Shown here: positions 1-8,733 of the stretch, piece after piece
Layout of the letters: each line of letters opens with the position of its first letter
How positions within the stretch are numbered: position 1 is the stretch's first letter
Virus record (IMG/VR): IMGVR_UViG_3300015609_000147
Strand: one strand, 5' to 3'
DNA from: an uncultured virus (IMG/VR IMGVR_UViG_3300015609_000147)
Lineage: Duplodnaviria; Heunggongvirae; Uroviricota; Caudoviricetes
DNA: 64,000 bases
The notes under the pieces: model-generated
Database searches by the model: none
The model's input: the letters and a program-made list of their open reading frames with translations, nothing else
What the model was told of the DNA's origin: nothing
Program-made: the position numbers and the translations under genes

Positions 1-1389
1 GTTTTGAACACCATCCTTAGCAGCTGCGCGCAGCATTGGCACTTCATAATATTTACTAAAATTATATGAATCAATTTGAGACAAAAATTTTAGCTCAAGA
101 TCCCAATCAGATCCATGCTTACCAGCCAATTGATAGAATTTCGCAGGAAAATCGCCGCTGCTATTACGAACAAAGGACGCAGCATAATATTGCACCACAC
201 TCTTATGGATAAATGAATACTCAAAACCGTCTTGCTGCATCAAGCACAAAGTTTTTATAAGCTCATCTTTAAATCCGTCTGAATTTACAGACAACCCAGT
301 CGAGGCAGATGCTTTCTTGACCAATTCATGAAATTTGGCATTTGTCAAAACACCAAGACCATACAGTCTCACATAAAAACAGAACGCCGAAAATACATCT
401 TTGATCTTACTATCATCCAGCTGCGTAAACCTCTTTCTTTTGAAACCCGGCTTAGAATTATCATGCCTATAGAACAATACATCAAAAAGCTCTTCATAGA
501 ATTTTGGCACCGTGTCTGGTATGGTATGTAGAGCCTTAAATACGATAACCAAGAGCGTCATCATCAACGGCGTGGTTAATAACTCGCGTATGTCTGATGT
601 ACTTCCCTCTAGGGTTTTAATAAGGTTCTCCGCTTGCTCAGCTTCTTGACAAATTCTTTGCAAAAAAGGCAAATGATCATCATCACTTAGAGGCATTAGC
701 TTACAGACTCTAAATTTATGAGATTTCTGTATTTCTGCATCAGGACGAGAAGTAACAACTATCTGCAACTTGTCCCCATATAAATCTATAATATTTTCTA
801 TCTCATAAATAGATTTACTTGCAAGCGACGGATCGATCTCATCAAATGCATCAAGCAAAAGCACGAACTTTCCAGTACTAGCCAAGTAGGTCCAAGCTTC
901 TTGTGTATGTGGCAACTTATACTTTTGCAGCGCCTCAAGCAGCAAATCATGAACACCCATGTCATCACGAACCCGTCTAAGCTCTACGAAAACAGGAACT
1001 CTATTAGACGTCGTAGCCACATTTAGTTCTTGACCACAAAGATAGCGAAGAAATATTGACTTTCCTTGTCCGGCCGTACCTTGTATAACAATATTCGATC
1101 GCTCACCCAGCTCCTTCAGACTATTCACCCTCTTTTCTATTCCCAGCGGAAAACTTACACGTGACGGATAGTAAAATTCATATAGAGAAACCTCATTCTC
1201 AACATTCCATAGTGTTTTTATCTTAACGATCGAAGTTAGCGCACGGACAATCTTTAGATCATCAATATCACTCCTTTTTTCTGTCAAATTATTGAAAAAT
1301 ACATCTTTAGCCTTCGGATATACATCATCGAGAATTTTTTTCAGAACACTTCCTGCCCCAACAATTCCCAAAGTTTCAACAATAGCCAT
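1..1389 (-). CDS. NACHT-family STAND NTPase (bacterial NLR-like), runs off the window edge
   Basis: Hand translation from ATG 1389: MAIVETLGIVG..., Walker A GTAGQGKS, VPVFVELR, Walker B FVLLLDAFDE, VVTSRP, LLTTPLMMTLL, winged-helix motif YSFIHKSVVQYYAA; still open at base 1; AT-rich. Confidence 0.9.
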   Translation of the reverse strand, partial: MAIVETLGIVGAGSVLKKILDDVYPKAKDVFFNNLTEKRSDIDDLKIVRALTSIVKIKTLWNVENEVSLYEFYYPSRVSFPLGIEKRVNSLKELGERSNIVIQGTAGQGKSIFLRYLCGQELNVATTSNRVPVFVELRRVRDDMGVHDLLLEALQKYKLPHTQEAWTYLASTGKFVLLLDAFDEIDPSLASKSIYEIENIIDLYGDKLQIVVTSRPDAEIQKSHKFRVCKLMPLSDDDHLPFLQRICQEAEQAENLIKTLEGSTSDIRELLTTPLMMTLLVIVFKALHTIPDTVPKFYEELFDVLFYRHDNSKPGFKRKRFTQLDDSKIKDVFSAFCFYVRLYGLGVLTNAKFHELVKKASASTGLSVNSDGFKDELIKTLCLMQQDGFEYSFIHKSVVQYYAASFVRNSSGDFPAKFYQLAGKHGSDWDLELKFLSQIDSYNFSKYYEVPMLRAAAKDGVQN

Positions 1390-1442
1390 ATTAATTAAAT
1401 TTTTAATTTAATGATAGATATTCAAAAATCAATTCATAGCAA

Positions 1443-1483
1443 CCGGCAGCGGAGTTGGCCTGTGCTTGCGCACGGGCTGTGAC
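1443..1483 (-). pseudogene. 41-bp remnant of an Rz spanin allele
   Basis: 36/41 nt identical to 3152..3192; reads VTARAQAQANSAAG vs ATARAQAQANAAAG. Confidence 0.7.
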
Positions 1484-1599
1484 CCACGCCGACCGTGCCA
1501 AGTTCATCAGCATGTATATCAATGATCGACGCTCGGAGAGATCTGCCGAGCGCACCTGCCCTGGAATTGCTTTGAACAAACCAAGAGAAAATCGCATAA

Positions 1600-2862
1600 T
1601 CAATGTTGAGAACTTCTTTCGAAGTTAGCCGGAACTCGTTCGAGGTATTTCTTCAAGATCCAGCCAGTTCTGTATTCCTCATGCAGCCAGCTGTAATACT
1701 CAACTTCAACCCATTTTCCCTTTTTTTTGATAGCTCGCACCACTTCATTGGGCATGAGCTGTGCATCAACGGGAGCGCCATGCTTCGGCCGTAAGCGAAC
1801 AGTAGAGATTCGCCTCCGTACGACCAGGCGCTCTACTTTTTCCTGAGATGCTTGCACCAGAGTGCGTTCAATGAGGACCGTCAACGCTTGGATCTGCTGG
1901 GCATGCACCTGCGTTGAGGCGAGCATATGTGCTTGGTATGCCTCCGTTTTAGCCTGCTGCAAAGAGCTGTTGTACTCTTGGTAAACGAAGATCAAGATGA
2001 CCAAAAGGAAGTTGATCAGGGTGAGGACATCATTTTGCTTCTTGCTGAGGATGCCACTTTCTGGCTCGTCCGCCAATTGATGCATAGAACCATCTGGTTC
2101 GATGCCCAGCAGAGCCAGTTGCTCTTGAATTCCTTCAGGACCCATCGCCTGAGCCAGAGCCGCAGCGGAACCCCAATCGATAGTTGGCAGCGTTAATTTG
2201 CTAAGTCCTAGCTGATGCTGCAACTCCTTGACGGAGCCGAGCATTATTACAACTTCGCTTGGCATCTTCCAACGCTTGTCGACTTGCTCGAAGTCTTTGA
2301 GGTAACTTCGAATGCGACTGCCCGCCCCCAGTTCTTCGAGAAGCTTCTTGCTTTGCATCCGCGACTGTTCGAACTGTTCAGCCAGAATTTGGGCCACTGA
2401 TCCGATGCCCGAGACGTGCTCGGAAAGCCCGTTCATCTGATTGCTAATGGAACTAGCAGCCGCAAGCTCTCGCTGGAGCCGTTGCGCAACCCCATCCTCC
2501 AGCACGCTCTTGCGAATACCAGCCATCGGGTCGAGCATCTTGCGCATCAGCTCCCGCCGAGCACGCTCAGATTTCTGCCAAGCTGTGTACGCAGACCCGA
2601 GGGCTACTTCAGCCCCAAACATGTTGGCGTACTGCTGAGAGAGGGTCTTTGAAGCCGACTGCATGGTTGTGAGTTCACTGTGTAACCGGGAAAGCCCAGA
2701 ACTGCGCGCGAGTTCTCCCAGCTGTTTTCCGACGCGGTCGTTTTGAAGCAGCGCTTTGCGCCAAGCTGTACGCCCCTCTTCGATGAGGGCCAATTCACGC
2801 GCCAGGGCTCCACCAAAGGAAACATCGTAGTTTTTCGATAAATCCAAAACTTGCTCCTCCAT
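1600..2862 (-). CDS. Cargo protein: helical N-region, one TM, C-terminal SH3b-like domain
   Basis: TM VLTLINFLLVILIFVY; SH3b-like VRLRP...VVRAIKKKGKWVEVEY...TGWILKKYL; likely start MEEQVL. Confidence 0.75.
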   Translation of the reverse strand: MEEQVLDLSKNYDVSFGGALARELALIEEGRTAWRKALLQNDRVGKQLGELARSSGLSRLHSELTTMQSASKTLSQQYANMFGAEVALGSAYTAWQKSERARRELMRKMLDPMAGIRKSVLEDGVAQRLQRELAAASSISNQMNGLSEHVSGIGSVAQILAEQFEQSRMQSKKLLEELGAGSRIRSYLKDFEQVDKRWKMPSEVVIMLGSVKELQHQLGLSKLTLPTIDWGSAAALAQAMGPEGIQEQLALLGIEPDGSMHQLADEPESGILSKKQNDVLTLINFLLVILIFVYQEYNSSLQQAKTEAYQAHMLASTQVHAQQIQALTVLIERTLVQASQEKVERLVVRRRISTVRLRPKHGAPVDAQLMPNEVVRAIKKKGKWVEVEYYSWLHEEYRTGWILKKYLERVPANFERSSQH

Positions 2863-2994
2863 GGTTATGTAAATTTCTTCAAGTTGAAATTGAACCAACA
2901 ATACCAAATACGGGATTCAGTAGAAGGCATAGTGCCCGATTGGCACAATGGCCCAGTCAGTGCTCCCGCACCAACCCGGTCGCCACGTTCATTG

Positions 2995-3513
2995 TTAGGG
3001 GGCCAGCAGGCCCCGGTCAACATCGACCTGTCTACGCAGCAGCACTACCTCGTCGTCTCGCCTTGCAAGATCCGCTCGGAGTCCTGCAACCACTGCTGCC
3101 CCGCTTGCAACGTGCTGCGCGAGGGCGCCGTATCGATCTGCAATATCGCGGCCGGCAGCGGCGTTGGCCTGGGCTTGCGCCCGGGCAGTGGCAGCGCTTC
3201 GTTCGGCGGCGAGGCGCAGCCGCTCAACACGGTCGAGATCAGCGCGCACAACAGCGTCGCGCGCAGGGCGAGCCTGGGTGAATGCATCGGATGCCTCCTG
3301 GGTTTGTGTTGCGTGGGTGGATTCGGATGTGGCGAGCTTTCGCTCCAAGGCCAGGCCCGCGACGGCTTGGCCGGCCACTTGCTGGGCCTGGGCCGCGATC
3401 AGTCGCTGGTTGGCGAGCTGCTCGCCGTGCAGGCGACAGGTCTGCAGGGCCAGCAGCACGGCCAGCACCAGGGCTCCGGCCTGCCAGGCCTTGGACTTGA
3501 TGGCTTCGAGCAT
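2995..3513 (-). CDS. Rz-like inner-membrane spanin
   Basis: N-terminal TM (AWQAGALVLAVLLAL), Ala-rich coiled coil, follows the endolysin, contains an embedded lipoprotein gene. Confidence 0.85.
   Translation of the reverse strand: MLEAIKSKAWQAGALVLAVLLALQTCRLHGEQLANQRLIAAQAQQVAGQAVAGLALERKLATSESTHATQTQEASDAFTQARPARDAVVRADLDRVERLRLAAERSAATARAQAQANAAAGRDIADRYGALAQHVASGAAVVAGLRADLARRDDEVVLLRRQVDVDRGLLAP
3045..3287 (-). CDS. Rz1-like outer-membrane lipoprotein spanin embedded in Rz
   Basis: Lipobox LSGC, Pro-rich mature part, nested in another frame of Rz. Confidence 0.85.
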   Translation of the reverse strand: MHSPRLALRATLLCALISTVLSGCASPPNEALPLPGRKPRPTPLPAAILQIDTAPSRSTLQAGQQWLQDSERILQGETTR

Positions 3514-3515
3514 GG

Positions 3516-4511
3516 CTATACCCCAAGACACGGCAAGTACTTCATGCGCCGGGAATGCAGCGGCACGGTGTTGCGCACGTGCTCGCGGTTGATGTCGTAG
3601 GCGCTTTGACCGTAGCCCTGCCACTTCTCGCGGCTCTTGACGCTGTGCAGCTCGACGTGGCCGAACCACTGGTCGGCGTCGCAGCCTGCCCGCAACGTGC
3701 AGAGTTGGCGGTCCTGCTGGAGGTGGCTCCAGCCGCCGTTGTAGGCGGCGTCGCAGAAGGCAACGCGCACCAGCGCATCGAGGTCTGGCGACAGCGCCTG
3801 CAGGCGCGCATCGCAGCCGCGCAGCTTGATGATGGCCGCGCGCACGCTCAGTTCGGGCCGCTCATAAACGGATTGCCAGTCCAAGTCCTCGAGGGCGGAT
3901 GGCGCCATGCGCCGCACTTCGTCCAGGCTATCGAAGCGCAGGGCGCCAGTCTTGGTCCAGGCCCGCGTCAGCTGGGCCAGGCCACCGCCCTCTTCCCGCG
4001 AGGTCTTCAGGCGCGCGGTCGAGGACCAGCACATGGAGTGCGAAAGCGATCGGCAGGATTCCTGCTCGAACAGCGCACCCAGGTAGCTGCGGCGGGGGAT
4101 CTTGGGCCAATGGGCGTTGATCTCCTCGACGACCATCGGCGCCATGCCCTCGGCCCGGGCCAGGCCGGCGGGCTGGCGCGCCGGCACCTCGCCCGCCTGG
4201 GCAAACTGCGTCATGGACGCCCAGACGATGGCCACGACCATGGCGCCGCGCAGCACGCACAGTGCAAGGAAGGCCAGCCCGGCACCGATGGGGTGATCGA
4301 GGGCCTTGATCCATGCGTCGCGGCCGTGGGCATAGTCGGCCATGGCCTTGGAGGCGCTGAGCGCCACGGCCACTGCCACGGCGGTCCACGACAGCCAGAG
4401 CAGACGCACAACGGGCTCGCGCCAGCCGTTGGGGCCAAGGGAGTTGATGACGATCACGGCCAGGGGCAAGGCCAGCACGGCCCACCACCGCCAGCGCTTC
4501 AGGGGGTTCAT
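3516..4511 (-). CDS. Lytic transglycosylase endolysin with N-terminal 3-TM domain
   Basis: SLT motifs EQES, GLAQL, AAYNGG; three hydrophobic segments ending AQA; start MNPLKRW. Confidence 0.85.
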   Translation of the reverse strand: MNPLKRWRWWAVLALPLAVIVINSLGPNGWREPVVRLLWLSWTAVAVAVALSASKAMADYAHGRDAWIKALDHPIGAGLAFLALCVLRGAMVVAIVWASMTQFAQAGEVPARQPAGLARAEGMAPMVVEEINAHWPKIPRRSYLGALFEQESCRSLSHSMCWSSTARLKTSREEGGGLAQLTRAWTKTGALRFDSLDEVRRMAPSALEDLDWQSVYERPELSVRAAIIKLRGCDARLQALSPDLDALVRVAFCDAAYNGGWSHLQQDRQLCTLRAGCDADQWFGHVELHSVKSREKWQGYGQSAYDINREHVRNTVPLHSRRMKYLPCLGV

Positions 4512-4534
4512 AGCGACTCCATTTCTTCGGGACA

Positions 4535-4570
4535 CAAAAAAGCCCGCCGGTGTTGCCACGCGGCGGGCGC
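4535..4570 (-). terminator. Intrinsic terminator-like hairpin between tail and lysis genes
   Basis: GCCCGCCG...CGGCGGGC followed by a U tract on the minus strand. Confidence 0.6.
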
Positions 4571-4588
4571 TGAAAAGCGGATGCAGAT

Positions 4589-4819
4589 CTAGATGTCGAT
4601 CCGGGTGTAGACGAGATCCGGGGCAGGCCCGGTCACGGCGCCGTCGCGCACGAACACAGGCGTACCGACTTCGATATCCAGGGGGTTGTTGACGATCGAT
4701 GTGCCACCGCCCGGGAACTCGACGCGGGCAGTGGTGCCCAGGCGTGCCACCAGGGTGGCGTAGAGGACAGGCGGCTCGGCTTGCAGCCGCTGCAGGCGGC
4801 GGAAGAGGTTGATGATCAT
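4589..4819 (-). CDS. Small tail-module protein
   Basis: 76 aa, ATGA overlap with the upstream tail gene. Confidence 0.7.
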   Translation of the reverse strand: MIINLFRRLQRLQAEPPVLYATLVARLGTTARVEFPGGGTSIVNNPLDIEVGTPVFVRDGAVTGPAPDLVYTRIDI

Positions 4820-6711
4820 GCGATGGACCTTTCGACGTCGAGGGCCTGGCGGATAGACGGTGCGTCGACCGAAACAGTGATGCCGCGCACCAGTCCCCGC
4901 CAGGTCTCATCAGGCTCCTGCACTTCGATCAGGTAACCAGGGAGGATCAGCCCGGGCCGCGTGCCACCCGTGAGCAGCGGCACCGTAATGGGCTGCTGGT
5001 GCGTGATCGCCGAAGCGGCCAGCACGGATTGCCCGCGCATCCGGGCCGCGACGACCTCTGTGATCAGCGCATCCGTGATCTGCGGGGCGAGCCGGTCGCC
5101 TGCAGAGCCTGCACGCGTGACATGGCCCAACGGGCGCCCCGGCGCCGTGCCCGCGATGTAGACGGCATTGAAGTGGGCCGCCTGGGCCGGCTGCAGGCTG
5201 TCGGCGGTGATGATCTGCCCAGGCATGACAACGTCTGCAGGCGCGCCGGCCCAGGCCCACGGAAGATGGGGAAAACGGGGTGCGATCTGCAGCCGGGGCT
5301 CCGACCTGTGGCTGCGCACCACGGCGCCGGCAGCCTCTGCGACCCGCTGGGCCACCGACAACGGCGTGCCGCTGTGGCTCCACACGTCCCCTGGCACCAG
5401 CCAGTCGTCGATCTGCCAATCCAGGCCGATGCCCGTGAGGTCGAGCGCATCGAGCACCAGCTGCTGGGCAGTGCGCGGCACGGCGCTGGTCCAGTCCGTA
5501 TCCGCAAACGCAGGCGCGGAAAGCAGCGAGGTGATGCTACGGCCGGTGAGCTGCACAGCATGCTCGCCAAACTTGCGCGTGCGCGATGGTGGGTCGACCA
5601 GAAACACCCATTGGATGCCATCGATGGTGACGCGGATCTGCTGTGGAACACCCTGCCGGGGCGCCAGTTGGTCCAGCAGCGAAAGCTTGCCCGAGGCCGT
5701 CATGGTCCAGCCGTATTCGTCGTCGTTTGTGGTGATGTTGATGGTCTGCAGCGGCACGCGCTCCAAGCCGGGCAGCAGCACTGCATCAATGGTGTGGACA
5801 GTCATGTAGACCCTTAAAAGCGGAATGACATAGCGCGGCGGCTCGGGGTTGACGCCGCCCTTGCAGCAGAAAAAGACCAGCTCGGTGCTGGCGGTCCAGG
5901 CCTGCGAAAACTCCAGCTCGACCGTGCCCCCAGGCGGCGGCACGTAGCACGGCGGCGGCTTGGGTGGATCGACCGGCCGCCCTGGCGTGATGCCCGGCGG
6001 CGGCACCATGGCGTCCTGATACCGTGCGCCGCCCATGACCACGGCCAGCTGCAGGGCGTCGCCCATGCTGCTGGTGTGCCGGGCGCCCCTCTGCAGGCCG
6101 TCGCCGAAGGCCTGCACGGTGGCACGGCGCACGCGGATCGCTTCCTGGAATCTCTGCAGCACAGATGCCCGGGCGGCCAGGGCGTTGTCCATGCCCTGGT
6201 GCGTGGCCAGGTGGACGCGGATGGCTTCCTGCCAGGCCTGGGCGGTGATTCCAGCCAAGGCCAGGGCGTTGCCCATGCCCTGGCGCGTGTCCAGGCGCAG
6301 TCGCTGCGAGTCCTGCCAGCGGTGCACCGTGGCCGCGCCGGCAGCCACGGCCAGCCCCCCACCGATGCGCGTGGTGCTGCTGGCCACGGCCGACTGCTGA
6401 AAGACAGACACCAGGGCGCCGCGCGCAGCTGCGGCCTCTTGGAAGGCAGACAGCGTGCCGCCCACAGCCGGCCGGTCGGTCCGCGTCTGGTAGATCGCGC
6501 CGAGCGCGACCCGCGCGCCAGGCAGCCGGATGGCAGTGGCAGCTGTCTTGCGCCGCAGGGCACGGATGCCCACGCGGGCGCCTGGCAGGCGGATGGCCGC
6601 CCGCGCGACCGCGTCCTGCCCCGAGCCCGAATCGTCCTCATTGCCGAACACCAGCTCGTTGGGCGAACCACCGGCCAGCGGGCGACGGAAGATCAGCTCG
6701 ATGATCGCCAT
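4816..6711 (-). CDS. Tail tip/hub-like structural protein
   Basis: 631 aa in tail operon; repeated WQEA/FQEA helices, beta-rich C-terminal half. Confidence 0.7.
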   Translation of the reverse strand: MAIIELIFRRPLAGGSPNELVFGNEDDSGSGQDAVARAAIRLPGARVGIRALRRKTAATAIRLPGARVALGAIYQTRTDRPAVGGTLSAFQEAAAARGALVSVFQQSAVASSTTRIGGGLAVAAGAATVHRWQDSQRLRLDTRQGMGNALALAGITAQAWQEAIRVHLATHQGMDNALAARASVLQRFQEAIRVRRATVQAFGDGLQRGARHTSSMGDALQLAVVMGGARYQDAMVPPPGITPGRPVDPPKPPPCYVPPPGGTVELEFSQAWTASTELVFFCCKGGVNPEPPRYVIPLLRVYMTVHTIDAVLLPGLERVPLQTINITTNDDEYGWTMTASGKLSLLDQLAPRQGVPQQIRVTIDGIQWVFLVDPPSRTRKFGEHAVQLTGRSITSLLSAPAFADTDWTSAVPRTAQQLVLDALDLTGIGLDWQIDDWLVPGDVWSHSGTPLSVAQRVAEAAGAVVRSHRSEPRLQIAPRFPHLPWAWAGAPADVVMPGQIITADSLQPAQAAHFNAVYIAGTAPGRPLGHVTRAGSAGDRLAPQITDALITEVVAARMRGQSVLAASAITHQQPITVPLLTGGTRPGLILPGYLIEVQEPDETWRGLVRGITVSVDAPSIRQALDVERSIA

Positions 6712-6714
6712 GGG

Positions 6715-7134
6715 CTACTCGATGAAGCTGGTCGGGGCCAGCGTGAGGTAGCCGCCGGCATACAGCTGCGTGCTGTCCGGGATCTGGATCTGGCCGTCGC
6801 CGCCTTCGGCCGACACATCCACGTCCATCACCAGCGCGCCCGCCGCAGACACGATGCGGCCCCAGGTCGCCATGCCGGATTCGAGGATCATGGCGCCTGC
6901 TGCATCGCGGGCCAGCAGCCGCAGCCGGCCGGCCACGATCTCGCCGCAAGGCCTGGCCAGCGGCAGCTCTACCAGCATGGGCAGAGCCGAGGGCTCGCCG
7001 AAGGCAGGCCGATCGGTATCTGCAAAGAACCGCACGCAGGCCGTGCCCGAGCCCACGTCCAGCAGCAGATCGCGCAGGCCCTGCAGGCGGGCCTCGTTCG
7101 CGGCCATGGTGATTTCAACGCCGCGCTGTGTCAT
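6715..7134 (-). CDS. Phage tail protein
   Basis: 139 aa, translationally coupled within the tail operon. Confidence 0.7.
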   Translation of the reverse strand: MTQRGVEITMAANEARLQGLRDLLLDVGSGTACVRFFADTDRPAFGEPSALPMLVELPLARPCGEIVAGRLRLLARDAAGAMILESGMATWGRIVSAAGALVMDVDVSAEGGDGQIQIPDSTQLYAGGYLTLAPTSFIE

Positions 7135-7535
7135 GGCATGGCCTCCGGCGTGACGCGGTCGGCGACCACGGCGCGGAAGTCGCCCTCATGGTCGTAGCTG
7201 AGCACGGTGTATGCGATGGTGCTGTCGATGCGCAGGAACTCGTAGTCGCCCTGGGCATTGCTCCATGTCTCACGGATCAGCAGGCCATCGCGGTCGCGGT
7301 ACAGACGCACGCGGCGCGAGACGGGCACCTTGGGACTGTTCTTGTCTTCCTGCTCGACGGTGCGACCACGCACGCGGCCCAGGCCGTTGCCGCCGAGCAC
7401 GAAGTCCAGTTGCCCGGCCGTTCGGACCCGCAGCGGCCTGGCGATGTTGGAAGAGATCTCCCGGCCGCCAACGCCGACCACGGCGTTCAGCCCCAACACA
7501 CTGACGGGGTAAGTGACTTGCGCCATGGTCATCAA
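7131..7535 (-). CDS. Tail fibre-associated protein
   Basis: RRVRLYRDRDG...ETWS..G.YEF beta-sandwich-like segment; follows the fibre gene. Confidence 0.65.
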   Translation of the reverse strand: MMTMAQVTYPVSVLGLNAVVGVGGREISSNIARPLRVRTAGQLDFVLGGNGLGRVRGRTVEQEDKNSPKVPVSRRVRLYRDRDGLLIRETWSNAQGDYEFLRIDSTIAYTVLSYDHEGDFRAVVADRVTPEAMP

Positions 7536-8716
7536 CGCCAGGGGCCTGTGATGTCGACGAATCCGTAGCCGGAGGGCGCGCCAGTAGACGTCGAGTGGGG
7601 CAATGCCAGCAGGCGTTTGTCAGTGCCATCTTCCAACAAATAGGTGTCTCGTTCAAAGTACGGTGCGGTATTTGCCTGGGGCACATATCGGAAGCCAGGT
7701 ATGAGCGCCCGAGGAACAGCCACCGAGACCGGACTGTTATCCACGTAGGTGCGTGTGAACTTGAGTTCGCCATCCACATCGCTGGGGAAGTTCCCCAAAA
7801 AGCTGTCTGCCCCAGACGAGGCCGGCCCAATAAAACTGATGTAACGCGGAGCCACAGCGCTACCCAACCCCGTTATTGCCCTCGGCAGATAGAGTCTGGA
7901 ATTCGTTGTGTTCTGCTCAAGCGAACCAGAGGATGGGGTTGCGTATCCATCGGTAAGGTTTGTCGACCCCATTAGCACCGTGGCAAATGCATCGCCTGCA
8001 CGACGCAACGCCAGCAAGTCACCGAATGCGCGACTCCCGCCGGCAGTAGCTGCAGTCGAACTTGAGGAACCCGGAGCCACGTTTTCGAGGAAAAAACGCG
8101 TATCACCGACCAGGCACCACCGCACCGCCGCCGAGCTTGCAACTGTGCTTTTGCCCCAATACAAACCCACAGCCTGCTGGGCGGCAGTAGGAAACGGCCC
8201 TTGCCCCACATCGATGGCCGACATGCTCTCGTAGCCCCGCATGGCGGTCGTGCGGGTGTCTCGGTCATCCACATAGAGGTACATGCCGTAGCTTTGCGGA
8301 TCGGTGGACCGAAACACAGCCTGGTTGGTCCCAGAGAACGGCTTGGCCCAGCCCAGCGGCGCGTACTTGAAAGTGATGCCCACGCCGGTGTCAACGCTGT
8401 CAGGCGCAGCAGTGCGAAACCGGAACAGGCCGCCGGCAGACTCGGACACCCGCTGCTCGCCGTTGAGCAGGGCTTGCGCGGCGCCATCAATCAGCAGCAC
8501 GCTGTCCGGCGGCGGCGGCAGTGCCGCGCCCGCTGTGAATTCCACTGTGGCCACGCCGGCTGCCACGGTGATGCGGGTGGCCGCGCGCAGGCCGAAGCCT
8601 GTGACCAGACAGGCATCGAGCACAGCAATTTTGCTGCCCACCTGGCCGGCCTGCACGGGCGCCCCATACATGGTTGAGAGAAAGTGCTTGACGCTGGTAT
8701 CGACAAGGGATGCCAT
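7532..8716 (-). CDS. Putative tail fibre / receptor-binding protein
   Basis: Start MASLVDTSVKHF; N-terminal LDACLVTGFG, C-terminal DITGPWR; distal half less GC-rich. Confidence 0.7.
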   Translation of the reverse strand: MASLVDTSVKHFLSTMYGAPVQAGQVGSKIAVLDACLVTGFGLRAATRITVAAGVATVEFTAGAALPPPPDSVLLIDGAAQALLNGEQRVSESAGGLFRFRTAAPDSVDTGVGITFKYAPLGWAKPFSGTNQAVFRSTDPQSYGMYLYVDDRDTRTTAMRGYESMSAIDVGQGPFPTAAQQAVGLYWGKSTVASSAAVRWCLVGDTRFFLENVAPGSSSSTAATAGGSRAFGDLLALRRAGDAFATVLMGSTNLTDGYATPSSGSLEQNTTNSRLYLPRAITGLGSAVAPRYISFIGPASSGADSFLGNFPSDVDGELKFTRTYVDNSPVSVAVPRALIPGFRYVPQANTAPYFERDTYLLEDGTDKRLLALPHSTSTGAPSGYGFVDITGPWR

Positions 8717-8733
8717 GGGTGTTCTCCAAAAAA

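Noticed and set aside
1403..1603. 66-aa ORF between the cargo genes
   Set aside because: Looks like a patchwork containing the spanin remnant, with no support as a real gene
7532..8716. Diversity-generating retroelement or invertible fibre cassette
   Set aside because: No reverse transcriptase, template repeat or invertase seen in the window
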